From an uncultured bacterium (GTDB taxonomy: Bacteria; Acidobacteriota; HRBIN11; JAKEFK01), in assembly GCA_963777505.1 (NCBI GenBank), contig CAVZQN010000004.1:1760001-1824000 (forward strand): a stretch of 64,000 nucleotides of DNA, written 5' to 3'. A model generated the notes under the pieces. The model was not told the origin of the DNA, searched no databases, and saw nothing but the letters and a program-made list of their open reading frames with translations. Position 1 is the first letter of the stretch, and the number at the start of each line of letters is the position of its first letter. This document shows, in pieces, positions 43,412 to 52,652 of this stretch. The position numbers and the translations under genes were made by a program.

Positions 43412-45305
43412 ATGATATCTGTAATATGCCATGATCTGTTCCTACTATCACCGAATCCTCGCCTTGTGTGAAAGCCGTCACATTTTTGGAAGGAAGTCCT
43501 TTTTCAAAATGCTTCCATGCGTTTTTCGAAGGATCATATGTATAGAATCCACGATCCAAAGTTCCGCAAAAGACCTGACTTCCGTTTGAAAACAATGCAT
43601 TTGGATTCACTTCAAAATCTTGTGGCAGGGCTTCAAATTGAATCCAATCTCCTGATTCGGTCCGGGCCTGAACTCCGCTTCCATAGGTGCCAACGAGCAA
43701 TGTACGATCCACATTCAAAAGCGCATTCACCCAGTTCCGTTTCAATCCGGAATCTACCTGTGTCCAGCTTTCCTGAACGCTGAGATCTCGCAAACGTGAA
43801 ATCCCTCCCAGAGTTCCCAGGTAAATTTGGTCGCTTTTAGCTGCAATAGCGTAGACATGATTGTTTACGAGTCCATGAAAGGCAAAAATCGATTTCATCG
43901 CTTCGCCTTCTTTTAATGTGAAACCTTGAGTTGTAGCGATGGCAATCCGTTTGCCATCAGGATCCAGGGGGATCGCTTGCATAACACGATCGCTAAGAAG
44001 ACCATCACGTTCCCGAAAGACACGCCGATTTCCTTCCGGACCGATGATCACAAGACCATTTGCTGTAGACACATAAATGTTGCCGGATTGATCAGCAGAA
44101 ATGTGATTGATAAAGGAGAGCGTTTCGTCATGCAGGTGTGAAGAAAAATTCAGCGATGCATCCAAAATATCGATGCCATGATCAAAATATCCAACCCACA
44201 ATTCACCATTCGGAGCAGCAAGCAAGCTCGAAACATTGGAGTCGGTTAGTGTAGAAACAAAAGCGTTTCCCCATGGCTGCCATCTTCCTGATGACATGCT
44301 CCAAAATTGTGTGCGGCCAAAAGCGATGAGCGTATCGCCAATTCGTTTGATCAAAACTCCATTTTCTTCCTGAGCTGGCAGTGAAGCGGCTAAGATGGGA
44401 CGTCCCGGACGCACAGTTGATTTCGTTTTTAGAAGGATCAGGCCGCGATCTTGTGATGATGCCCAAATTGAATCACGATCCGGCTCAAAAGAGGATACAA
44501 ATAAATTTTCTGCAATGCTTTGGAAGCTTTGTCCGGAATAGGATTGCAACCCGCGAGGTGTAGAGACATAACAGCCTGCAGGATTCGAATGAATATCTGT
44601 GATCATTGGATCGAGCAGGCCATCGCCGCGATCAATATGATTCAGAGTCCCGCTTTCGTAAGCAAAAATTCCTGAGTTAAATGTTCCGATATAAAGCCTA
44701 TGACTTTCTCCTGCGATGCGCGCAATCTGAATTCCTTCGAGTTGAGATGGATAAAATGGTTCGAATCTGGTTCCGTTGTATCGGATCACTCCAGATGCAG
44801 TGCCAATATAAAGCTCACCATTTGATGTCGAAAGCAGGGAAGCGATTTGGCGATGTTTTCGTCCGCGTGGAATGAATTGCTGCCAGATGCCATGAGCATA
44901 TCGAATTAATCCATTGTTTCGCGTTCCAATCCATAGTTCGCCGTTCAAAGAAGCAAGAGAAGTTAATTCAGGTTCTGGAAGGCCATCGGCTGCTGTAAAT
45001 TTTTGGAGAACTTTCCCTTTAGGATCAAGAATTAACAATCCATCTGAACCAACAACAAAGATCTTGCCTTCGAATTCGAGAGCATCATTTGCATGAAACG
45101 GACCCGATATAAGCCGGACTCCGGGGTTTGGAGCGAATTGAAGAGTACGGAGTTCAACTGACAAGACTCTGGATTCGTTAAATCTTTGTTTCTCTGCTTG
45201 TAAAACGGTTTGAGCGCGGCGAATTGAAAAGAAAGTTGCAGTAGCAATTGCAATCAAGACAAGCAAGATTGCTGCTGTTAGGATTCGGATTTGTTTCCCC
45301 TTCAC
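43377..45305 (-). CDS. Membrane-anchored beta-propeller protein (two-component regulator propeller type)
   Basis: N-terminal TM; repeats such as DGLP, LWIGT..GL, LYIGT, VGTDHG; no kinase domain. Confidence 0.85.
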   Translation of the reverse strand: MKGKQIRILTAAILLVLIAIATATFFSIRRAQTVLQAEKQRFNESRVLSVELRTLQFAPNPGVRLISGPFHANDALEFEGKIFVVGSDGLLILDPKGKVLQKFTAADGLPEPELTSLASLNGELWIGTRNNGLIRYAHGIWQQFIPRGRKHRQIASLLSTSNGELYIGTASGVIRYNGTRFEPFYPSQLEGIQIARIAGESHRLYIGTFNSGIFAYESGTLNHIDRGDGLLDPMITDIHSNPAGCYVSTPRGLQSYSGQSFQSIAENLFVSSFEPDRDSIWASSQDRGLILLKTKSTVRPGRPILAASLPAQEENGVLIKRIGDTLIAFGRTQFWSMSSGRWQPWGNAFVSTLTDSNVSSLLAAPNGELWVGYFDHGIDILDASLNFSSHLHDETLSFINHISADQSGNIYVSTANGLVIIGPEGNRRVFRERDGLLSDRVMQAIPLDPDGKRIAIATTQGFTLKEGEAMKSIFAFHGLVNNHVYAIAAKSDQIYLGTLGGISRLRDLSVQESWTQVDSGLKRNWVNALLNVDRTLLVGTYGSGVQARTESGDWIQFEALPQDFEVNPNALFSNGSQVFCGTLDRGFYTYDPSKNAWKHFEKGLPSKNVTAFTQGEDSVIVGTDHGILQISYDKISTIPDLR

Positions 45306-45489
45306 GCCTTATTGACCTTCATTTGCAAACTAAAGCAACCGTCATGCCAGTTAAGACTTTTTGCGTGGAGGTAGAATTCGACAATCGATCTATGAGTCCC
45401 CCCAAAAACTTGTGTCTATTCGGCACAAACTCGCGTCTAAATTACTACGCTATGCAGCGTGTAGCAAGCATTTTGTAGTAAGGCACGCA

Positions 45490-45580
45490 GTAGGGGCGGG
45501 TCTATAGACGCAGCGCCGCAGAGCTTATTGATTGCGACACTGCCTCGCAATCGCTGGCGGGTCTTAGACCCGCCCCTTAC
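45490..45580. repeat. GTAG-type REP doublet (REPIN-like)
   Basis: GTAGGGGCGGGTCTA...TAGACCCGCCCCTTAC inverted ends. Confidence 0.8.
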
Positions 45581-45609
45581 TACGAACAATGTGCTACAAT
45601 CTGAACCTT

Positions 45610-46374
45610 ATGAACGGTATCATCCTCGAGGTAAACAATCTCTACAAGAAGTATGGTGACCTTGTTGCCGTTGATCACATTTCTTTTGGAGTTGCGCGCG
45701 AAGAAATTTTTGGAATTCTTGGCCCGAATGGCGCAGGCAAAACCACAACCCTGGAAATCATTGAAACACTTCGTCCCATGGATGGCGGCGAGATCCATAT
45801 TGATGGGCTGAATGTTGCGAAGCAGCCCCGTGAAGTAAAGCGTAAGATCGGCGTGCAGCTTCAATCATCGTCCTTCTTCGATCAACTGAATCTGACCGAA
45901 TTGCTGCTACTTTTTGGGGAAATGTATGGAAGGAGAGTGGATCCAGCTCAATTGTTAAAGGATGTTGAGCTTGAAGATAAAGCTCGCGCAAAGATCAAAG
46001 TATTGTCCGGTGGACAAAAACAGCGTTTCTCAATTGCGGCTGCTCTGGTTAACGATCCGATCGTTCTTTTTCTTGATGAACCGACAACAGGTCTGGATCC
46101 TCAAGCGCGCCGCCATCTTTGGGGAGTCATCCGTCGCATTCGTTCTGAAGGAAAAACAATCGTTATCACCACACATTACATGGATGAAGCAGAAGAATTG
46201 TGCGATCGTGTTGCAATTATGGATCGTGGAAAAATCATTGCGCTAGAACAGCCATCGGAATTGATCAACTCTTTGTTGGCAACGGGCTTTACAAAACCAA
46301 GAACTGAACGGCTTGCGACGTTGGAAGACGTCTTTCTAAATATGACAGGTCATTCACTGAGGGAAGAGGAATAA
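45610..46374 (+). CDS. ABC-2 type exporter ATP-binding protein
   Basis: GPNGAGKTT, LSGGQKQR, LDEPTTGLDP, TTHYMDEAE. Confidence 0.95.
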   Translation: MNGIILEVNNLYKKYGDLVAVDHISFGVAREEIFGILGPNGAGKTTTLEIIETLRPMDGGEIHIDGLNVAKQPREVKRKIGVQLQSSSFFDQLNLTELLLLFGEMYGRRVDPAQLLKDVELEDKARAKIKVLSGGQKQRFSIAAALVNDPIVLFLDEPTTGLDPQARRHLWGVIRRIRSEGKTIVITTHYMDEAEELCDRVAIMDRGKIIALEQPSELINSLLATGFTKPRTERLATLEDVFLNMTGHSLREEE

Positions 46375-46378
46375 AGAG

Positions 46379-47443
46379 TTGAGGTTGAAATTCAAGTTAC
46401 TCATTGCCAGCCTGAAGATGTTTTTCCGCGAAAAGGAAGCCGTATTCTGGACCTTCTTTTTTCCGATCTTCATGATTGTTCTTTTCGGATTTGTACGCTT
46501 TGATTCTTTTGGCCGTATTGAAGCTGGGATTGTGAATCTTGCCGGGCCTCAAGGAAAGGAAATTATTCAGCCACTAGGCAAGATTGAAACGATCCGTCTG
46601 CATGAAGGTTCGAAGGAATCGGAAATGGTTTCACTTTCCAAAGGCGAACGTGATCTCGTGATCGTTATTCCCCAGACATACAGCTCTGGTTCAAACGGAA
46701 AAGTTGAAGCGTATCTGAATGATGCAAAGCCTCAGGAATCGCAGCTAGGCCGGCTTTTAGTTCAGCAAACTCTCGATCAGTATGCATTAAATAAAACAGA
46801 TACGGCACGAACAACTCTTGAGGCGCGATCCGTTCGCGGGAGAAAGTTGACTTACATGGATTTTCTGGTTCCAGGAGTGCTGGCGATGTCGATTATGCAG
46901 ACTGGCGTATTCAGTGTCGCTTTTGTATTCGTCGATCTCAAAAAGCGCGGGATTTTAAGACGGCTTCGCGTTACTCCAATTAATCCAAATGATTTTATTG
47001 CGGCCCACGTAGTGACACGGTTGATTGTCTTGATGATGCAAATCGTTTTGATGGTGGTAATCGGAATGCTGTTTTTTAAGTTGCAATTTTCAGGCAATCT
47101 GTTGAATTTATTTGCGGTTGGAACTTTAGGTGCAGTTGTTTTTCTCGCGCTGGGATTTGCGGTTGCAGGAGTTTCCAAATCAGAGGATCAGGTTGCGCCG
47201 CTTGCAAATATGCTTGTGTTTCCGATGATGGTGCTTTCAGGAATTTTTTTCAGCCGCAGCAATCTTCCAGGTTTCGTTTATTCAATCACAAATTATTTCC
47301 CACTGACATATTTGGCTGATGCAATGCGCAGTATTGCTATCGATGGCGCCAATTTAATCTCTGTTGGTCCACAAATTATCGGCCTTACAGTGTGGGCTAT
47401 TATTTCTTGCATCATAGCAGTCAAAATGTTTCGCTGGGAATAG
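46379..47443 (+). CDS. ABC-2 type permease
   Basis: FWTFFFP, YMDFLVPG, LSGIFF, PLTYLADAMR; about six TM segments. Confidence 0.92.
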   Translation: MRLKFKLLIASLKMFFREKEAVFWTFFFPIFMIVLFGFVRFDSFGRIEAGIVNLAGPQGKEIIQPLGKIETIRLHEGSKESEMVSLSKGERDLVIVIPQTYSSGSNGKVEAYLNDAKPQESQLGRLLVQQTLDQYALNKTDTARTTLEARSVRGRKLTYMDFLVPGVLAMSIMQTGVFSVAFVFVDLKKRGILRRLRVTPINPNDFIAAHVVTRLIVLMMQIVLMVVIGMLFFKLQFSGNLLNLFAVGTLGAVVFLALGFAVAGVSKSEDQVAPLANMLVFPMMVLSGIFFSRSNLPGFVYSITNYFPLTYLADAMRSIAIDGANLISVGPQIIGLTVWAIISCIIAVKMFRWE

Positions 47444-47465
47444 TTTTGTTGTCGACTCAAGCCTG

Positions 47466-47631
47466 AAATAGCCGCCAGCGTGAGCTGGGGGGTGAGAAAC
47501 TGTGAAAAATCTAGCCCGCCTCAGGCGGGCGTAAGAGGAATATTCTTCAATGGCCGGTCTTTCACCCGCCTTCGGCGGGTTGGGTTGCGTCAGGGACATT
47601 AGATACCCCCGGCTTACGCCGGGGGCTATTT
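47466..47631. repeat. Nested palindromic element (REPIN/MITE-like)
   Basis: Outer AAATAGCCGCCAGCGTGAGCTGGGGG / CCCCCGGCTTACGCCGGGGGCTATTT; inner CCCGCCTCAGGCGGG / CCCGCCTTCGGCGGG. Confidence 0.8.
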
Positions 47632-49067
47632 GCATTCTGTTTGCGGTCTAAAAGGCTTTGAATCGCTGCTGCAAATAAAATCGCAATCAGTGGATCTATT
47701 TCAAATCGGATGCGATTATTTTCGCCAAACTCAATTAAGTTTGTAATCAATGACACCCATACAATTGTCCAGGTCATAAAAACGTAAACTCCCCGATCCT
47801 TGCCGGCGCTTAACGATTTTCTTAATCCATAGAAAATCAAAACAGGAAAAACAACGTAAAAAGTGTTCCATGGGATATAAGCCTTAGAGAGTTCGATCAG
47901 TCCACCTTGAAAGAGTAGAAGTGTCATCCACCGGCGGTATTGTTCTACACCCATGTAGTCATAGCTTTGCACCAAAAACCAGCTTGGTCCTGTTGAAGGC
48001 TGGAGGAACAACTGAAAGTTCAATAACACACGGCCCAAATATTTCTTTGGATATTCATTAATGATTGCACGATCCGCCTCAAGCATTTTCTTTGAGATTT
48101 TTGCATAATCTTCGTGATTAAAATTTTGAAATCCGTTCGATTTTTTCGCGTTGTCGATAGCCGGATGCCTGTGCTGCTGATTGCTGAAGTAGCCGAGACG
48201 CCTGTATGCATCAGGATGCATGAAAGGTCCTGTTAACCATTCGAAATTAATTTGCTTTTGCTGTGCTAAATTTCGGATCTCGGACGGCTCTAAAAAAGCA
48301 TCAAATTTTTTCAGTGCTTCATTCGGAAGAATCCAACCTCTTGCAAGGTTCATTCCCAGCCATGAACTCGGACCCGCAGATTCAACAAGCATCCAATTTT
48401 TTGCATACAAGGAAATAACTATTAGCACAGGCAGAATCGAGGCTTGAATCAAAATACGCTTGTTTTGCATTTGCATGAAAAACACAAGCGCTGCAACGCA
48501 AATCACGAACCATCCCAGGTGGTAAATCGAACGTGTAAGCATGATGGATGCAACTGTCCATGCAAAGAGATGAGCATATTTGGCTTTGCCGTCTGTGGTG
48601 AATTTCTGAAGAAAGACGATCGAGACTAAAAGAAGGAAAGCGACTGGCAATGTATAAAAGAGCAAATTTGTGTAAACCAGGAAATTTGGGAAAATTGCGA
48701 AAATGGTACAGACGAATAGGATCAAGTAAGTTCGAATCGATAAATTGCGCATGATGATTGCCATCAGGAGCAGGTTTCCCCAGCCTATCAGCCGAAGGAT
48801 CAATGAAAAAACGAACTCATAATGATTTGGAAAAAGTTGCATAACAACGCCAAGAAACCAGTTGAACAGCGGCGGTTGAGAATGAAGGTAGTAAAGACCT
48901 CGCAGAAGATCCGTCTTCAAGATTTGAGGATCAAGATATTGCCAGAAAGGTTCAATGATGATTCGCAGGCTGCCTGCAAAACGGATTCCTAATAAATAGG
49001 CAAGCAACTGACTGACAATGAAAATTACAGAAATCCAAACGTAAAGTGAGAGTTCCCTGGGCCTCAT
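47562..49067 (-). CDS. Polytopic membrane protein, GT-C glycosyltransferase-like
   Basis: WQYLD..L, LHSQPPLFN, about ten TM segments, large loop, ENNRIRF. Confidence 0.65.
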   Translation of the reverse strand: MRPRELSLYVWISVIFIVSQLLAYLLGIRFAGSLRIIIEPFWQYLDPQILKTDLLRGLYYLHSQPPLFNWFLGVVMQLFPNHYEFVFSLILRLIGWGNLLLMAIIMRNLSIRTYLILFVCTIFAIFPNFLVYTNLLFYTLPVAFLLLVSIVFLQKFTTDGKAKYAHLFAWTVASIMLTRSIYHLGWFVICVAALVFFMQMQNKRILIQASILPVLIVISLYAKNWMLVESAGPSSWLGMNLARGWILPNEALKKFDAFLEPSEIRNLAQQKQINFEWLTGPFMHPDAYRRLGYFSNQQHRHPAIDNAKKSNGFQNFNHEDYAKISKKMLEADRAIINEYPKKYLGRVLLNFQLFLQPSTGPSWFLVQSYDYMGVEQYRRWMTLLLFQGGLIELSKAYIPWNTFYVVFPVLIFYGLRKSLSAGKDRGVYVFMTWTIVWVSLITNLIEFGENNRIRFEIDPLIAILFAAAIQSLLDRKQNANSPRRKPGVSNVPDATQPAEGG

Positions 49068-49088
49068 TTTACCGCGGAGACACAAAGG

Positions 49089-50384
49089 TCATTTTAGGTT
49101 TGACTGGATTGCATCAAGGTGGAGGGTCAGTGCAGCCAATGAACGAAGATCGACAAGCCATTTGCGCGATGCGTCTGTAATTTCCCATAGAGAAGGAGAC
49201 TGTACAACAATATCTGAATCAAAAATAAGATTCATAATCGAAAGGATTGCTGGATCTAGTTTTTGTTCTGCATCATTTTTGAAGCGTTTCTCATATTCCA
49301 GAGCAGCATTGGAAAGTTGATTCACAATTTGATTCATTTGGGCAGAACCAATCCCTTCTTCTGCAATGCGAGTTGCCATGGTTTGGCTCCATTCATCCAG
49401 GAACTCTGGCTTCAAGTCGCCCTTTGCAGAAAAGAAACCGCCGGTAAGGTAATCTCTCGGGTGAATGTGATGTTCAACTTTTTTAATTGGTTCTTCAAAC
49501 GATAGAGTGATCGGTTTATTTCCGAAATCGATTAAATCTCTCGCTGGTATTCCACGAATTCGAGATGCAAACAATTCGATTTCGCGCATCGCTTCATTTG
49601 GCAGTCCGGCAAGTAAACGGAGCTTGTTCAAAGGATCGGGATTTTGAAAAAGGTTGCACCGAAGCACAGTCGATTTCAAGATTAAAGCGCGTTCCGCTTC
49701 AGGATCAGCCTCTCGAACTTTTTGTCCTGATCTGATTGCTGCATCTTTTAGCAATTTGCAGAGTTGATCGAATTCATGATCAGTGATTTGAGGAATCAAA
49801 AGTGCCGCTTCAATTGCGTCTTGATGTCGTAAGATTGCCGTCGGAATTTTCTGTTTCCCGCTCGGACGTTCAATCAATCCTGAAACAATGGACAGAATTA
49901 TCTGTGATGGAAGCCGTTCAGGATATCGTCCGTATAATGCGGTAATTTCAGAGTATGTCCGCAAAGTCTGGGCCCAGTTTCGTGCAGGCAAAACTCTTTC
50001 TTGAAGGAAGCGAAGTTCCTGAGTCCGTTCCTGAGCACGAAGCTTTTTAAATCGGAATTGAATGTGAGTGATTTGGTCTTCATGAAGCCCTGCATCTTTC
50101 GCCTTGTGAAATAAATCGGTGATCGAAAGTGCAGGCAAAACGGATGGATCATGCGGTCTGATAACTGCTTCTCGCGCAGCGCCTTCAACAACCACTCGTT
50201 CTGCTTTTCTTTGTGCTTGTTCTTCAGGTGAGGGTGGTTCCGGCGGCGGTTGTTGCTGCTGTTGTTGTCGATCTTCAAGTTCAGCACGTTGCCGCATTTG
50301 TTCTTTGATGAATGCCATCTCTTGCTCAGGCACTCTGGCAATTGCCATCGGCGGCCTTATTGCGCTAATGCGATTAACTTTCAT
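49089..50384 (-). CDS. Hypothetical helical protein with Gln/Pro tract and C-terminal Csm2-like domain
   Basis: 431 aa with AAGGA RBS; confidence refers to the CDS, while the domain call is pattern-based (see findings). Confidence 0.7.
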   Translation of the reverse strand: MKVNRISAIRPPMAIARVPEQEMAFIKEQMRQRAELEDRQQQQQQPPPEPPSPEEQAQRKAERVVVEGAAREAVIRPHDPSVLPALSITDLFHKAKDAGLHEDQITHIQFRFKKLRAQERTQELRFLQERVLPARNWAQTLRTYSEITALYGRYPERLPSQIILSIVSGLIERPSGKQKIPTAILRHQDAIEAALLIPQITDHEFDQLCKLLKDAAIRSGQKVREADPEAERALILKSTVLRCNLFQNPDPLNKLRLLAGLPNEAMREIELFASRIRGIPARDLIDFGNKPITLSFEEPIKKVEHHIHPRDYLTGGFFSAKGDLKPEFLDEWSQTMATRIAEEGIGSAQMNQIVNQLSNAALEYEKRFKNDAEQKLDPAILSIMNLIFDSDIVVQSPSLWEITDASRKWLVDLRSLAALTLHLDAIQSNLK

Positions 50385-50394
50385 AATTCCTTTC

Positions 50395-50502
50395 GGAGCG
50401 CGGGCATCTTGCCCGCATTACGGGCCGCAGGCATCCTGCCTGCTATAGAATTGCGGACTAGAAGTCCGCGGCCCGAAATGCAGGCTGGAAGCCTGCGCTC
50501 CG
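50395..50502. repeat. REP-like cluster, family A (inverted doublets)
   Basis: GGAGCGCGGGCATCTTGCCCGCATTACGGGCCGCAGGCATCCTGCCTGC...GCAGGCTGGAAGCCTGCGCTCC. Confidence 0.88.
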
Positions 50503-50507
50503 TATTT

Positions 50508-51903
50508 TTATTTCGAATATAAATCAATAATTTGAGACAGTGTCTCTTCACATACTTTGCAGAATGGAACATCATTTCTGCTAAACATAATACAGTCTGC
50601 TTGCGGACGAAAATAACCGCGAGCTTCATAATTGGCTCCTTCGAACGCACCTACATTCTTAGCATACTTCTCTTTTGCTAATTCTGCAGTTTCGTGGTCT
50701 TTTTGAGTCTGAAACAACGCATCCATTTCTGATTCTGGTTTATTTTGAGCGCGAATCTCTCGTCGTTTCTTTTGAATCTCACGTGAGTAATTCTCAAATT
50801 CTTGCTTATTCCATGGTGTTGGAATCGGAGTTGCTTGCGTTACGTGTTCATTCCACTTGAGGCTCTTCGGATCGAGTAACGCAGTCACATTCGGTTCCCA
50901 TGGTTCCACACGATCTGTAGACGATTCATATGCAACATCGGAGGTGTAGTATTCATCAGCAAGAGCCGCGAAATGGTGACCGAATTCATGTACGAAAATG
51001 TAAGGTGCCCAAAGGCTATCTGCAGAAACTGTTCCGTACAGACCAAAAATTCCGCCGCCTCCATATGTCTTTTGATTCACAAGGATTTCGACAAATTCAT
51101 AAGGCGCATGTGATGAGATGTCTCTAAACGATCGGTTGTCAAATGTTAGAACATATCGCTCGGATCCGAATGCATCGTAGGTTGTTCCAACTGGTGAACG
51201 GCGATGCGTTCCTGTGGAAGGCCGTCGAGACACCGCTTTCAGAAGATTCAGGACATAAGCCCCAAACATTGAAATCGGCGCGGCGTTCTTTAAAAGGCGA
51301 AACACTGAATAGAATTTCAATCAATTTCCGTGCATCTTTTTCAAACTTGTTTCTTTCTGCAGCCGTGTAACCATCGCCAAGAATCAAAAAATCTACCTTA
51401 TTAGAAGGATCGCCTTTTTTCTCAAGCTCAATCAGTGGGCCTGGTGCGGGACTCTTTGATCGGTCGATGAAGATGTCGGTTGGATCAACAATCGTTGACC
51501 AGACTTCACGGAATGCATTATTTCGGTCACGCTTTTTCAAAACGATTTGAGCTTTTGAAGATGGAGCAGGGAAGCGCAGCGATTCATGAAACGTTTTATG
51601 CATCTGTCTGGCTTCAGAGGTTGTTTCCCATTCTCCATAAATTGAGGCAAAACCGCGTGAATAAAGGACACGATTGTTCGTTCGATCAATGACTTCAAAA
51701 ATATATTTACCGAGGTTTGTATCATCGATGGGATGATCGGGATTCCCTGGCCAGGGTAATGGCTCGACAACGATGCTATCAAGGCTGAAAAATTCCTCTT
51801 CAGCATTTCCTGTATGGTAATAGTTCAATCGCATGGTCTCAGGAGCTGCTGAAACAATCGCTGCAGCAAGGAGAAAAATGACAGCAAAGGACGTAATTTT
51901 CAT
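50508..51903 (-). CDS. Secreted M64 (IgA peptidase family) metallopeptidase (frameshift near 51220)
   Basis: Signal peptide; LGDGYT, YGGGGI, HEFGH...LADEY, CIM...FCKVC. Confidence 0.92.
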
Positions 51904-51925
51904 AGGCAACATTAAACCATAAGTC

Positions 51926-52005
51926 TGAGGCCCGCCCTTGCGGAAGCGGGAAGTGAAGGGATCGAGGCCCGGCTTTGCGGTGATGGGGTGCGAAAGCCGG
52001 GCCTC
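51926..52005. repeat. GAGGCCCGGC...GCCGGGCCTC hairpin family
   Basis: One truncated and one complete hairpin; related to 60768-60870. Confidence 0.75.
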
Positions 52006-52102
52006 TATGGTCGAACATTGCTGATCTCATCGTCTATTACTATTATTTCCATCGTGAACGTATTTTGTGTGAAGAGTGAATAACATCAATGTGGAGACTC
52101 AG

Positions 52103-52582
52103 ATGACGAAAAAAATTATTGTTTATGTTTTCCTGATCAGTATGTTTTCGCTCGTTTCGGAAGCCACGCTCATTCGTGGCTCTGTACCTAATGGACAAGA
52201 AAGACGGTTTACATTTGTTCCTGACTTTAGTGGAACCGTTCTCCTGCATTTAATCTTTGACAACAACAATAGCGATCTTGATTTGGAGTTAGGTTATACA
52301 AATGAAGATGGTGATATTCAGCTTGTTGCTGTTAGTGAATCAACATTAAGAAATTTTGAACAGTTAGAGATCGGAGTGCTGGGTGAGCTTGAGTACAACA
52401 TTTTTGTTGTCTCGGCGCGAGGACCCAGTCCTTTCCGGCTGAATTTTGATGGGACATTTACAACGAATTCAGGTGCGCGAGTTTCTGCCGCTTCACTCGG
52501 TTTGAAAGAAGCTCCGATCGATGAAAAGTCGCGGAAATTTCTAGATGAAATGAAAAAGCGTCGCGACGCTTTAAAGAATTAA
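52103..52582 (+). CDS. Hypothetical secreted protein, PPC-like beta-sandwich
   Basis: GGAG RBS, signal peptide, SDLDLEL, EQLEI, YNIFV. Confidence 0.65.
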   Translation: MTKKIIVYVFLISMFSLVSEATLIRGSVPNGQERRFTFVPDFSGTVLLHLIFDNNNSDLDLELGYTNEDGDIQLVAVSESTLRNFEQLEIGVLGELEYNIFVVSARGPSPFRLNFDGTFTTNSGARVSAASLGLKEAPIDEKSRKFLDEMKKRRDALKN

Positions 52583-52600
52583 CCGCAAAGACGCAGAGTC

Positions 52601-52630
52601 AAAAAAGGGCGCCCCGAATGGGCGCCCTTA
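52601..52630. terminator. Intrinsic terminator (U-tract on the minus strand)
   Basis: AAAAAAGGGCGCCCC-GAAT-GGGGCGCCCTT between convergent genes. Confidence 0.85.
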
Positions 52631-52652
52631 GCTATGTGCTGATGCGGTTAGA

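Noticed and set aside
50381-50650. ORFs with AGRMPAAR/AGKMPAL-type repeats (also 930-1121, 1794-1997)
   Set aside because: They are translations of REP palindromes.
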